From NCBI GenBank assembly GCA_002104905.1, contig MCFE01000299.1, positions 36,556-100,555 of the forward strand: DNA of 64,000 nt, written 5' to 3'. The DNA comes from Basidiobolus meristosporus CBS 931.73. Its lineage: Eukaryota; Fungi; Basidiobolomycota. Under the pieces are notes generated by a model, which was not told where the DNA came from, made no database searches, and was given only the letters and a program-made list of their open reading frames with translations. The first letter of the stretch is position 1. Each line of letters starts with the position of its first letter. This document shows, piece after piece, positions 1 to 12,476 of this stretch. A program made the translations under genes and the position numbers.

Positions 1-999
1 GGACACGTACTCACGAAAGTCAGAATATGCACATACATATTATATTCCTAAACTGCAAACTGTTTTGAGTCAAGTGAATCATTCCATGCGCAGTAAACCC
101 AATGAAAAACTCACCAATATCACGGATTAGTCATTCAATGCAATGCATTGTTCATTGGCTCCCCCTGCTATAGAAAGCGGGGAGAAATTGGTTGACACTA
201 GTGCAGGATGGAGAGGTAAACAATGTGGGGCTTATGGCAATCGTGATTGAATCCCCTTAGGAACGGTTTGATCCCACTGGCCGGCGAGATATCGCAGCTG
301 GTGGCGAGTGTTGAGCAATGTTGCCCAGCTTAGAGACCTGACTCATTGGCAGCTAAATAATGAGCCTCTTGTGTTCATGTGTCTATAATTGGATAAAAAA
401 GAGCCTAATCCGGACTGACCACTATCTAAAACCAATATGGCTTTTTAAATAAATGATCTGCGTAACAACAAATCCTCCATAATATACTTTACATCTGCCA
501 ACAATGTATGATGATTTCAATAGGCAATTCATTCTGGGAAAGTCTAGTCACATTAAATAACAATTTTCTCCATTTGTTTATAGAGTTCACGATTATGGTC
601 GTGTTCTCGTTGGATTCTTGAAACAAGCAGGGAATTTTGGCTACTCTTCGGTTCAACAGATCTTCTTTCTTGACATGATGGCCTGTTTCCCATCCTGCCA
701 AGCATACTGAACTGCTGTAATGAAGCCATGTGATGGGCGTGCCAGGTCTTATCCTTTACATTGTATTGTAAGCGACAAATGACCATCTAAATTTGAGTAA
801 TAAATACGGTTTGATTCGAAGACTGTTCCAAATATAGTATAAGCCCTCGAAACTTCAATCTAGCATAGGCTTTTAGAATCCAATCAGATGTTCGAGATAC
901 TATGGGAGGTTTCTAAGACTGAAATGATGTTGGGCCGTTGAGGGAAATAAATTCTGGCCTGCAAATCCAACCTTTCGCGGAGACAATTAATATGTTCTA

Positions 1000-3271
1000 A
1001 TGAGGCTTCTTTACTTCCTCTTCCCTATATGCTCTTTTATCCTATATTTCCCTGGCTTTTCAACAGGTGACTTCGTACATAGCGGCCTTACCCACCTTTT
1101 GCATGATTTTTATGGCAATTTTCAAAAGAATGCTTCTGTAGTTTCCCCCAACTTCTATAATTTCACTGGTGTGTTCATCAAAGTTCATTTTGAAGAGGGT
1201 ATTGACTGTAAACTTTCCAATACCTTGCCTGCATTGAACCCCTCCAACGACTTGAGTCAAGCAAGTGGTACTGTACTGTTTATCTCAACAGAAGATTTAT
1301 TAGCCAACAAATGCAAAGGCTTTTCTGGAGTACGATACTTCCTACCCATTTCTACTCCCACCTTCACTTATTAAATTTTGTATGTCGTAGGTCATAAATC
1401 AGCTTGAAGATTTCATCTTGACTGTTGCCAACAGTCAACTCCCTCCGCTAAATGTGGCGTTATTCTCTTCGAGTGGACCTCAGGAAGTGGAATTTGGTGG
1501 TCCACGTGAGCCCTACGGTGGAAAAATTACTTCTCCACCCAATATTCATCTGGCTATAGTAAGCAAGAATGTTGGGGCCATGTTACTTCAGCAGACTGGA
1601 GGTCCCGTTCCATATATAGCCTTGATTACTCAAGGTAAGATTCTTATTGATAGGAGTGCAGATTCTGGGACTGATTCTCAGGGATGAATAGATCCCGGCC
1701 CATGGAATGTGGAAAATACGTCCTATCGGCTTGCTTTGCATCGCTGGTCGCTTTTTGTGCTGGTATGGCTTTAAACACACTGCGCCCTATTAGAAATATA
1801 CTAAAATGATTTGGTTAATGACAAGACATTCTTTGCCTTGATCTATGCCTTCTATCAGCTTATCAACCTGTTTTACCAAGAGGGTTGGCAATTTGACACG
1901 CGTATTATTCTTTATATCGCTGCGTTGGTAGTTTTAAATTGTATAAGATATATGGACTATTATCGATTTGATCTCCATCAATACTAACAAATTTATTAGC
2001 CTCACTTGTTTCTCTTGCCATACGTGGACAATCAAAAGGAATCCTTGTCATGACTCGAATCGCCTGGCTGATAGGGTATAGCGCTTATAGTGCGGTGCAG
2101 TTAAAATGGTATGCTCTTTAGAAACAAATGGCTGTTATAAAATTTCTCAAACTAACGTGTTACTCTGTCAAGGGGGCAAATCATATCTAAATTATTCCCA
2201 AACACCATATTTATCTCCTCCTTCTACTTCATCGTTTTCGTAATGATAAATTACCTTGTCATTACGGTCATGAATATTGCCGGTATTATGATTATATCCG
2301 AAAGACTCGACTCCGCTCTTGTTTACATAAATGCTATCTATCTGCCGCTGTTGATGTCTTTTCAAGCTTTATTGTTTTTCTATTATGGTAAGTTTGTTCA
2401 CCAATGTTTCATCAAGACGGCATTCTAAACCTTAAAATTAAGCAATGATGTACAAACGTGGTATGCAAGCGTTCCCAGTGACCTCTCGCACTAGAGTCAG
2501 CTTACAAAAGGTAATGTAATCCGTTATACATGAGTCTTCGGAGACAATCAACTGACAGTTGGGGCATCATAGCTTGCGTTACTTCTGATATTTGCCGTTT
2601 TGGGCTTTGTGTTCGAGGCTGTGTCCCAATTCCTACAAAATGGGGGCTTTGTAACTAGTATTACCGGAAATATTCTTATCTTAACATTCAACACCCTATC
2701 ACAGTTAGCCCTATTCAGCCCTGTTTTCGCCATCCTTTCCATTCGAGGAACAGATGATACTGCTACGTACGCTGCCGTTCTTCATCGCAACAGAAACGGC
2801 TCCTCTATGTCTACGCCTCGGCATGCTAGCACCACTCACTCCAACAAAACAGAGCATAATCGTCCTCAATCACATCCACTTGCTGTTGCTCACACAAATA
2901 CCCATATGCACACCCAGTCATATCCTCAAAGTCCCTCTGTTTATGCGGACAGGTATGACTTGGGACACCCATCAGAAGAAGCCTACTCTCCAAGCAGGTC
3001 TGTCTCAATCTCACTTGACCTATTGAATTCACGTCGGGTTTCGAGGACAGAGGAGATTTCAACCATCATTACGCCCCTCACGCCACCTCCACCCCGAAGA
3101 CGAGAAAAATCCAAATCCCAGATATCGACTCTTCAGTTGTTAACAGAAAACACCTCTGAAAAACCGGAGTTGCCTGCTGAAGCAACGACCTCGATGGTAA
3201 GTTGGCCAGAGAATCTCACCACATTCTTTGTAAGGAAACTAACCGATTTTTTTAGTCTGGAGACACGGTAA
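1000..3271 (+). CDS. Multi-exon membrane protein: signal peptide, ~200-aa ectodomain, seven predicted TM helices, Ser/Thr/His-rich C-tail (GPCR-like, orphan). 3' end approximate.
   Basis: Hydrophobic N-terminus MRLLYFLFPICSFILYFPGFSTG. Exons join across GT-AG introns: ..KCKGFSG|VINQLEDFIL..ALITQ|DPGPWNVENTSYRLALHRWSLFV, then hydrophobic segments FALIYAFYQLINLF, IILYIAALVVLN, ILVMTRIAWLIGYSAY, FYFIVFVMINYLVITVM, YINAIYLPLLMSFQALLFFYYG, LALLLIFAVLGFVF, ILILTFNTLSQLALFSPVFAIL. Probable further intron donor (gtaagt) near 3198. Confidence 0.7.
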
Positions 3272-4068
3272 TTGCTGCACACTAATGGACACAGGCTTAT
3301 CCCGACAACTAATCTTATGATATTTAGGAGTCACATAGGATATCTTTCCTTGAGAACAATTCTGATTCTTAGCGGTGTAATCCAACCCACCCCAAGAATT
3401 CCTCATAGTCACCCGTAACAGCCATTGAGCACTGATTTGCTAAATACAACCCGACGCACTTTCAGTAGAACAGGAATAAGTGACATTACATATACTTGTA
3501 TATAGAATTCCCATTTTCTATCTCTTTGTCTCAACCACCTTGGCATTCTTGAACTAATGATGACCACACGGAATTGCAGCTTAATCCAGTAGAATAGGCA
3601 GTCATCTACTACGAAGCATGTTATGTTTGATTCGATTTACTTAATTTCTACCAGTTCGGTGTACCCAACAAGATTGCGCTCATCCTATTATAATATTAAT
3701 ATACAACCCAGCAAATAGTAAGCGACTTCCCCCATGTTGTAGCGGTCTACTTGCTTCTTGAACGTTTAGCGAATCGAGTCCATAAAACGATAGGGGTACC
3801 TTTAGCTTGCTAGCAGAGCTGTCCCATTTTCTGCAGGTGCCACTTGGGCACTGTGTATGCAATCAGGAATGTTTCTCCCGTATAGTCGTGTTGGGCAGGG
3901 TTGTCCGATTTGCGCTTGGGAATTTGGTAAGACATCGCAAGCAACGGTTAAAACGAAGCTAGTATTTATTTATAGCCAAAATGAGAAGCGTAATCGGGAT
4001 TGGAATCGGAATGACGGCGAAAAAGTATGTGGGCGAGAGAGGCCCCCGAAAAGATACTGACATGGAGA

Positions 4069-5745
4069 TCAAGTGGATTTTTGCTTCTCGATCTCTTGCT
4101 GTAACTTCTCTAGCTCTTCTTCTTTGGAGCGAATATGGCTCTCCAAGGACTGCTTTTGATTTCTGAGATTCTTGAGGTTCAGCTTAAGTGCATCTACAAC
4201 ACGTCGATCTTGCTGCTGTTGTGTGTGCTGATCAGAGGAAGCGCCAGCATTCTCGGCTTGCTCCTTTCTGTTTGCCAATTCGAGTTGCTTGAATTGATAT
4301 AGCTCCTCTAATTGCTCTCTGACCTTGGTGCTCTTGGGCTTGGGGGCATACTTGGATTCTTCCTCCACCTCTTGCTTCTTCCTTTCAATAGATCTTTCCA
4401 AGTCTGCAAGCTCCTTTTGAAGCTTCTCCTCTTCGTCGGAGACCTTGTATTTGGACCCGCTAGTGAAGGTGGCTATGGTTGCAGGCGGGATAAAGATGAA
4501 TGAATGGTCAGAAAGTCAAGTAAGTGTTTTGAAAGCTTACATGAACGTCCAATTGCAGAGCTAGCACCAACACGGGTCAGATAGCTCTCGGCCAACACTG
4601 CATTCTTGGCGATCTTGGCTGGGGTGGACCCCACTCTGCCAGCATCAAGTGGTTTGGTCCTAGATGCTGACTGAGCAGGAGCATCGAACAAAGACCGGGA
4701 AGCGTTCTTTCCATCCAGATTGAAGCTATCTATGATTTTCTGTGGACACTGGCGAGGCAGAGGTACCCCCTTTCTCAAATTATTGATGATATGTAGAAAC
4801 ATGTTGAATTGCTCTCTTTTTAAGCGCTGTTCACTCTTGAGATCGACCAATTGCCTGAAATTTGCTTATGAGACGCCTGCTTTCTAACAAGTCAGCAGCT
4901 GAACTTACCAAGCATTGTAAATCTCGTCGTTAGAGAGGTTGAACGATTGGAAGAGCTCATCAAGATTACTTCCTGTTGCCGAAAAATCCAGGGACATGAT
5001 GAGAGTCATAGATGAGTAAAAGTTGAATAAGCTTTTTCTTACCAAGCACATATTGGCCATCTACGGTGTATTTTGTAAATGTGTTTTCATAGGCAAACTT
5101 ATCGGACAACGGCAAATTCCAATTAAAGCTCTCGGCACCTTGATTTCCCTAAACCAGAGGAAGCTGATGAGTACTACGTCAGAGGGGAATCGCAGTCGAA
5201 ATACCCAACTAACCATGGAGTACTGGTGCGGAGAGGAGGTCGTGTTATTCTGGTAACCAGGGTAGGAATTCCCCGAGGGCTGGCTATGGGGAGAAAGCAG
5301 ACTTGAGGGTACCGAGGTGGGCAGGGGCTGACCATTTATCGATTCGTAAATGAGTTTCATGGCCACCACAAACTCGTCCAAAGTCATGGCTCCATCTTTG
5401 TCCATATCTGCAAGATCCCTAGACGATTTCCAGACGAACCCCGAGAACATTGGTCAGTTGAACGGCAGACAAACCTCCCGACCAGCACCTACCATATTCT
5501 CTCCAAAACGGAAACATCCAAACCGGATTCCAAAAAGACATTCCGCGCCTGGTCACCTGGAAAAGCAGCATTTAGAGGACTCACGCAGATGAAACGGTTG
5601 GGCGGTTGATGTGGTGACAGGTGGAAGGGGATTTGTGGGCTGAATGAAAGCTGTAGTCTGTCTAACCTGAAAGGAGTCCGTTGACCGGGTTCAAAGAGAA
5701 GAAATTTTCGGTAAATTTTTCACGTTCTCCAGGTAAGAAATTCAT
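4069..5745 (-). CDS. END3: End3: EH-domain endocytosis / actin-patch protein (two EH domains + C-terminal coiled coil), multi-exon
   Basis: Spliced N-terminus MNFLPGEREKFTENFFSLNPVNGLLSG|DQARNVFLESGLDVSVLERIW|DLADMDKDGAMTLDEFVVAMKLIY (EH1 with EF-hand). Second EH-like block NAW|QLVDLKSEQRLKREQFNMFLHIINNLRKGVPLP. C-terminal VREQLEELYQFKQ..LKNLRNQKQSLESHIRSKEEELEKLQQEI resembles the End3 tail. Confidence 0.88.
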
Positions 5746-6199
5746 CGAGTAGAGCAGATGAGGGCGGTTAACAGTGTCTTCGAGAATATGGGAGTAGCTT
5801 TGACGACTATAGAGTACCTCGATTCTGGCAGAATCATTGCCTGTATCGTTGCCTAAATGAGCCAATGAGACACGTATTTACTGAAAATTCCTGGTTGATT
5901 ATCGCTAAATAAAGTTCATACTGAGGTGGGCATCGAGCTTATCCGGTGATTCTTGGTTACGGAGTTCGCACAGATTGATTTAGTATAATTGGGTAGGGAT
6001 GGAAACGTTCGTGGTTGGACCAGATTATTCCAAAATATTGGCTACCTTTCAAGGCGCATTCATCGGCATTCTCAAAATTCTTGAAATCTGTTGATAACGT
6101 GGCTGAGGTCTAAAACTCTGGTGTTATGGTAAAGTTGGATATAATGATACCAGACGTTTGCTTTGCTCTCACTTCATTTCTTATTTGTCCTAATACTCC

Positions 6200-6550
6200 C
6201 AGGATCCACCAGGTTGGTCTCAAGTTATCGAGGGAAATACGATTACTTATTTTTTTATTGCAATGTCAATGAAGTAATATGTATCATCTTGGTCGTCAAT
6301 GACCAAATCACAAAATCCGCTTGCTACATTGTGCAAGCCGCCTATGCTGACTTGGAGTGTAGGGCTTCTCGAGTGCATTACTTATCCAAACTGGTCTATA
6401 TCTTTCAACAAGCTTTCACTACTGAATCACATAGATGGTTCTACAAAATATGGATACCCATATCATCTTTTATACATCACCAAGCAGACATCTCACCTGC
6501 AGTAATTCATGTCATCCACCAGATTCTAGAGAGTACTGGAAGTCATAAGT
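6200..6550 (-). pseudogene. Degenerate ORF remnant, possibly non-LTR retrotransposon ORF1
   Basis: A minus frame reads YGYPYFVEPSM*FSSESLLKDIDQFG*VMHSRSPTLQVSIGGLHNVASGFCDLVIDDQD with several stops. It abuts an LTR cluster. Family assignment is weak. Confidence 0.25.
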
Positions 6551-6628
6551 AGAAGTAAAATAATTGCATGAGCACTTGCTGCTTTATTAAGCTCAGATAT
6601 TTGTACTTTGGCACGAACCTGTTGAGAC

Positions 6629-7322
6629 TGTTGTACATTTTGTGATTACACTTGAATATTCACTTGAGTTGGCCACTTCGATCAGTCTCCAAATCTAAGA
6701 GAATTCTGGCCAAATTCCTTGTTAGGACTTACTTGCGATATTTCACCAAGATATCAGGTACCCAGGACACAAGAAATTGTAAAGTTGCACAAAGAGTCCC
6801 GAACTTGGCACACATGTACTTGGTGTTGTAAGAGTTTTGGTGATATTGGAAGTGATTGGAAGAACAAGTAGATTATGTGATTTTTACTTAATAATCTATT
6901 GAATTTAAAAGCAGTATATATAGTTTACACTGTACTGGCTAAATAGCCATGTGAGATGTGTTTAGAAAGGTCCCAAGAGCGTGTGTGGAAAGTTTGAGCC
7001 CGCTTGGAGCACTTTTAAGATATTTCATGTTTTGGGTGCCAGATCTTTTGGTGAGATATCCCAAGTAAATTCTAATGAGGAATTTGGCCAGAATTCTCTA
7101 AGATTTGTAGACTGGTCTAAGTGACCAAATTAGGCGAGTATTTAAGTGTAATTACGAAATTTACAACACTTGGGGCCTTTCTAAACACATTTTACATGGC
7201 TAGTTTGCCATGACCATGTAAAGTATAAATACTACTTTTAGATTCAACTAATCATTAAGTGGAAACCGCATAGTTTACTCATTCTTCTAATTACTTCCAA
7301 TATCCCCAAATCCCTTACAATA
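6629..7322. mobile_element. Solo LTR (family A, ~345 bp) interrupted by a second copy of itself
   Basis: Begins TGTTGTAC, ends CTTACAATA (CA>TA). Flanks gagac/aagac form a 5-bp TSD with one transition. Confidence 0.75.
6824..7168. mobile_element. Solo LTR (family A) nested in inverted orientation
   Basis: TGTTGTAAG...TTACAACA termini; perfect 5-bp TSD cttgg (6819-6823 / 7169-7173); sequence is the approximate reverse complement of the surrounding LTR. Confidence 0.88.
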
Positions 7323-7329
7323 AAGACTA

Positions 7330-8420
7330 GGGATATTCATGCTGTAAGAGGAGGTCCCATGAGGTGGTAAACTAACGTTAGGGCCTTTGGATGTGCTTGA
7401 TAATCTCAAAAACATATAGGCTTTCTCCGATTCTAAGAATCAGCTAATAACTTATAAATTAGATCCTATGCCAATACATCATGATTTAGCAATACAATAA
7501 GTCAATCTTAAAGGTCTAAATATAATCTTGATGTAAACTAAGTACTCACAACAAAGACAATGACCATCCAACCTCCAGTGGTTCCAACTGCTTAAGATAA
7601 TAGATACCCCCACCAAATATAGATAGCTTCATCACAAACCTTGTTAGTGCAGCATCTTACACAGCAAAGGAGGCTTTCATAGTTGTTGTGAGTTACTACA
7701 TATTGGAAGTGAGTTAGAGTGCTAGAGATATTCCAACACCTCCTCTTACTGCACTGAGCTTAATACTCTAGTGTATTTTAAAAGAATGCTGTAAAGCTGA
7801 TGATCATAAAACTCCGGGAATGACTCTAGGAAGTGATAATCCAAGTTTGAGTCTATTTGACAGCCTACAAGACTTTCCTAACTCTGAGAGCTAGCACAGT
7901 CAATATGGGGAAGTCCAAAGTAAAGAGTTATATTCAGAGTCCTAAGATAATTTACCCTAATATTGGATACACACGGCATGAGAGTTCTCAAAGCTGTCCA
8001 AAGACCCCGAACCTTGCTCACATGCTTTTGGATCTTCCTATCCGACCATGTAAAAGCATAAATACCACTTGCACATTTAATAAATTATTAAGTGAAAGCC
8101 ACATAATCCATGTAGATAGAACACTCTAACGTTTGTAGGCTATGATCTAAGTGGATATTTAGGTGCAATTACGAAACTCCCAACAGTTTCTTCCATGTAT
8201 CCTTGTTTACATATAACGGGAGGAAATCAAGAATGCTCTGGAGCTTGCATTACAACTACGTTACAATATGAGGCTGGTGTTAAGTCTGTGTCACTTTTAA
8301 ACCAGGACAAAATCATAATATTTGGGCTATAGGGTGCCATTGGTTCTTTTCAAATATTTACTAAACTTGCTACGTCAATGCATTCAGAGCTCATTAATTC
8401 CCAAAGTTAATAATGCAATT
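7330..8420. repeat. Fragmented, CpG-poor TE remnants including a partial family-A LTR (~7930-8200)
   Basis: Segment ..gaccatgtaaaagcataaataccact..attaagtgaaagccacata.. matches the LTRs at 7190-7270 and 56090-56150. Confidence 0.55.
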
Positions 8421-8549
8421 AATGAGTGGTTCTTATTCGAGACAAATATCACCCCCTCTCCTGACCACCATATACACATGGTTTTGTAGAAGCGAAGACA
8501 TCTGTAGTGATATAGGACATTGGTATCAAAGCTATGTCAGAAGAATGAT

Positions 8550-10300
8550 GTACGTGGTGTATAAAGATGGATGATAATACGACTGTTTCCCTATGAGTTA
8601 ATATTTGCAACCCAAGTGACTGAATGCACACCGATGAATCTGCAGTGGTATTGCTCACGGAAAAACAAGGATTGAATCACCAACACAAATCGTCACCACT
8701 AAAACTACCAAATCATTGTAGTTGCACCATACGTATTGGTGTTGAACTTGTTCCTGTAACGATGTGCCATGTAGGCACCCACTTGTGGTGAGCGCAGGTA
8801 TGAAGATTCTCTAATACATTGTGGCTACGTTCAATCAAATACAATAGTTTTACAGGTTTATCCTGCGTGTGTGACCATGGTATCCGTATTTGATGAAGGG
8901 CACTTGGGCCAATATTACCTCCAAGCATCCTTTCAAGTGTCTAGCGAGGCGTAAGTTGGCATTCACATGAAACTTGCAAATTGCAATGGAATCAAGCTCA
9001 TCGACATATACGAGGCAGGGTTTCTCTGGGATTCCACAGCCTCCACTCTGTACCACCTGCACATGCGTGATGACGTTTTAACCGAATGTACGAAATTGTC
9101 CAGTGCTGACAGTACTACCTCAGGATTGCTGCTATTATTTGCAAAGATATTAATAAGAAAATAACAAACACATCTTACTGGCATTGAATTGGTTGGGCTT
9201 GGTGCTGTTTCTGAACAAATCATACAATTCAATAACCTCACTAGGCCACGTTTTACAACCAAGCGGCGCTAGGAAGTATGGAAAGTTGTCTAAAACCTGG
9301 CGCAGAGTAAGGCCCTGCGAGTGCAATATTCGACGATAGACAGATTCTTGGATGAGCTTAGCTCTCAAGGTGCTGACCATTGTAACAGTATCCGCACGTC
9401 GAAAGAAATAGCATCAAAGATGCAGTGGGCTCCACCAACAAATGCGTATCGCTGGTTGCCACAAATACAATCAGTTAGAACATGCAGCACTTATTCTCGG
9501 GGTAAACATAATTTGAGTAGGCGGATAATGATTACATCTCCCGGATTACAAAGAAGTAAATGACGTCCTTGGCGCTGGGATACAAACCGGGTGCCGTGGA
9601 GTGCATACGCACCAGTTGAAGTCTGGCAGTAAGATATCAAGACCAACTATTTGCCTACCTGTTGGCCACCATCAGTACCCCCCTTAAACCAGTGCAAACA
9701 AGGAATTGAACAGCTCAGCAGTGGTTGTATGCGGCAGGCTCTACCGAACGGTCCCATCATACTCCACCTGTAAATACTGATATTTCCTGATTTTCTCTCA
9801 TAGAGCAACTCCGATATCTCAAGCACCCGGGGTTGGGGCAATAAGGAGGTTGGGGAGATTAGTGCCCCTCCATCAGCCCCCATTGCAACCATTAGGCTGT
9901 TGTGCTCTCATACATTTAGCTGAAATCTATGTTAAAAGAATCTTTGATGTAAGAAGGCTGACGGCTCTTGCAACAAGTTCTCCATACTGATTTGCTGACC
10001 GAATTAATGTTCCAATCCCGTATGGATGTGGCTGCGGCCGCAGTTGCAGGCCAAAAAAGCTTGGAAATCTCTTGATCAAGTGTCCATCTTGATTACATCA
10101 CACACTCTGAAGCACACTAGTACTTGTCTCACGCGGTGTCCGTAACATTCTTGAAAAGCCATTTTGTTGTCCCTCATTACCTGTGGGGCAAACCAACCTC
10201 ACACCCACTGCCATTTGCACCAGTCCAATTGCCGTACGCCCGCGAACCTGCTCGGATAAACTAAACCATCCCAAGTTGACTGTGATTCACGATTCATGCC
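8550..10300 (-). CDS. Unidentified multi-exon hypothetical protein; boundaries uncertain
   Basis: Open blocks separated by ~50-60 nt GT-AG introns: LRAKLIQESVYRRILHSQGLTLRQVLDNFPYFLAPLGCKTWPSEVIELYDLFRN..FNA|SNPE|VVQSGGCGIPEKPCLV..LRLARHLKGCLE|DKPVKLLYLIERSH. CpG-normal composition. Family not recognised. Confidence 0.45.
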
Positions 10301-10664
10301 TGTGATGCCTCAGATCTGGATTTGTTGCTGCGTAGCGTAGCTTCGGTAACTTGAATATGAAATCCACCAAGTCCGTATGATTCACGATGCATGGAGCACT
10401 TCATGCCACAGTAAGCCATTAGAAGACACCTCCCACCATCACCCAACACCCCAAATGAATATCAAATGTGTAAGAAAGCTCATATTCGTAGGTTTATCGT
10501 AACAATATCTATTACATGTCAAATACATTCGAGTCGGGGCTCAAAAAAGAAAATCGTTCGTTCAGACATAGATGCACAATTTACAGAGGTTGTACTTGCT
10601 ACATACGAAATTCAGTCATTAAACGCAAAGATGCTCACCTGTAACGAAAGCGATGCAATCTCTT

Positions 10665-11533
10665 CTATAGATAATCAGCCGATTTCCTAACGATACGTTG
10701 AACTTTCTTCTTGAATGTAGGATAATCATTACGCCACTCCTTGGCAGCCTCGATGTTGGCGGGAGATTCGTCATTAGGGCTGGAAAGCATGGAAATGACG
10801 CTGATCAAGATGGTCTCCACAGTATGAACAGGAAGCCAACGCTCGCTGGCCTGTTCATATCCGTACTTATCTTCACCAGGAGGATGCTTAAGAAAATCCG
10901 TAAGTTTAGCGGAAATAGGGAGTGTGGATGTTAAATAATGGTCATACCAAGATAGAGATACAAACTTCCCCATCCGGATACACTACCAAAGAGAATGGCC
11001 ATGTTAGAACAGAGGAATGTATAAAGGGCATTGTACGTCATACCATTGGGATGCCACATTTCGTTACTGAACTTCAACTTCGGAGGCATGAGGGGATAAT
11101 CCTGTACAGAAAGATGTTATTTTGACTGTAGTCTAATAAAGCACCATGTTCAAAAACTAACCGTTGGGAAGGTCATCCTTGCAGTAAAGAAGCCACCTTC
11201 ACTAAAATCTTGAGAATGAGTATACTTACCGGGAGAACAACAAGTAGATCAAGTCTTACTATAAAGTATCGGGGGGACCCAAGATCATAATTTCCCACTA
11301 AAATCCCAAGATTAGGGCCAGGAAATAGGGGGAAGGCAATAAAAAATGGCTACCTCATAGATATTGCTATCATCAACCAGACCTGCGGAAAATCCTTCGA
11401 CAGGATGCTTGGTCAATTCTATCGAGGAAGGAAAACATATGTTAATAAAAAGCGAAGATCATCGGATCATCGTAGCCTTAACACTACCTCTCAGCTGTTT
11501 TCGAAGCAAAAGTGCAGATTGTTCTTGAGCCAT
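10665..11533 (-). CDS. UBE2G1: Ubiquitin-conjugating enzyme E2, UBE2G1/Ubc15 type, 7 exons
   Basis: Spliced: MAQEQSALLLRKQLR|ELTKHPVEGFSAGLVDDSNIYE|WEIMILGPPDTLY|EGGFFTARMTFPT|DYPLMPPKLKFSNEMWHPN|VYPDGEVCISIL|HPPGEDKYGYEQASERWLPVHTVETILISVISMLSSPNDESPANIEAAKEWR. Catalytic Cys and acidic-loop insertion are present. Confidence 0.95.
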
Positions 11534-12476
11534 GTTGACCTTGAATAAGCCGAATGTATAGGATATTTAGAGAATAATCACTCTTCTGCGAAGCCATCAA
11601 ACAGTGTTAAATATCTTTTTGGCCAATTACACGGGAACACCTAATCTGACGAAGCTATTCTATTTTGAAGATCAAAGCTGACATATTGACGAATGGGTTG
11701 ATCCAGACATCATTCACGACAGGAATTTCACATTCATCTACTTGCTGATGTCCCCATTACTGATTAATCAATAATGATATACGGCAGCCCAATGTTAGGA
11801 ACAGAAAAAATCCATTTCGATATCCTTCAATCACTCCAACCAGTATCACCCAGTGTTTCCCCTGAATCATTACCAAACTCCAGTCTCGAGAAACATCCAT
11901 CAATGCCTCTTAATGGAGTATATGATCTACGATTCGATCGTGGGCTCTTGAAGCGACCGAACTCCAATCTTGCAACATAGAAACGGCCCAAGGGTTTATC
12001 GGAGTGTAACCATGTATGTGTAACCAAGGCCTCCCCCTTCATTAGCAGGGGGCCAGGGCGCTACGTTTCCTAGGCAAGGGTAGCCAGCCAGGTCTTCGAG
12101 ATCGTTTGCCAAGAAGGTGATGCGTGCTCAAAGTTTGAGTGATGCTTCTTTGCTTACAAGAACCAACCATCGTTGTCGAATCAGCCGTCGGTGCCGGAGT
12201 GCGTCCGTTCTTTGACACTTGTTGACGTTGACCGGCGCCACAAATCCGATTTCTCGAATCTAGCACCCTGACGCTGCTTAATCTGTTGGCTGCAGTGGAT
12301 AGTGGTCATACATATGAGATGTTTCAGAGCTTCGTTTATTTAATCTGCCGGTTCTTGCAGATGGTGACTGCACTTTAAGATAAATGGTAATACATAATGG
12401 TGCTGGTGCTGGTGCTTAGGAATCTCGCTTGCTAAAAATCAGATCGATACTCGGATAGCATGACCTCTGGATCCGG

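Noticed and set aside
150-800. Short minus-strand ORFs (489-701, 553-786)
   Set aside because: No recognisable motif or consistent splice model; may be the edge of a gene but unsupported.
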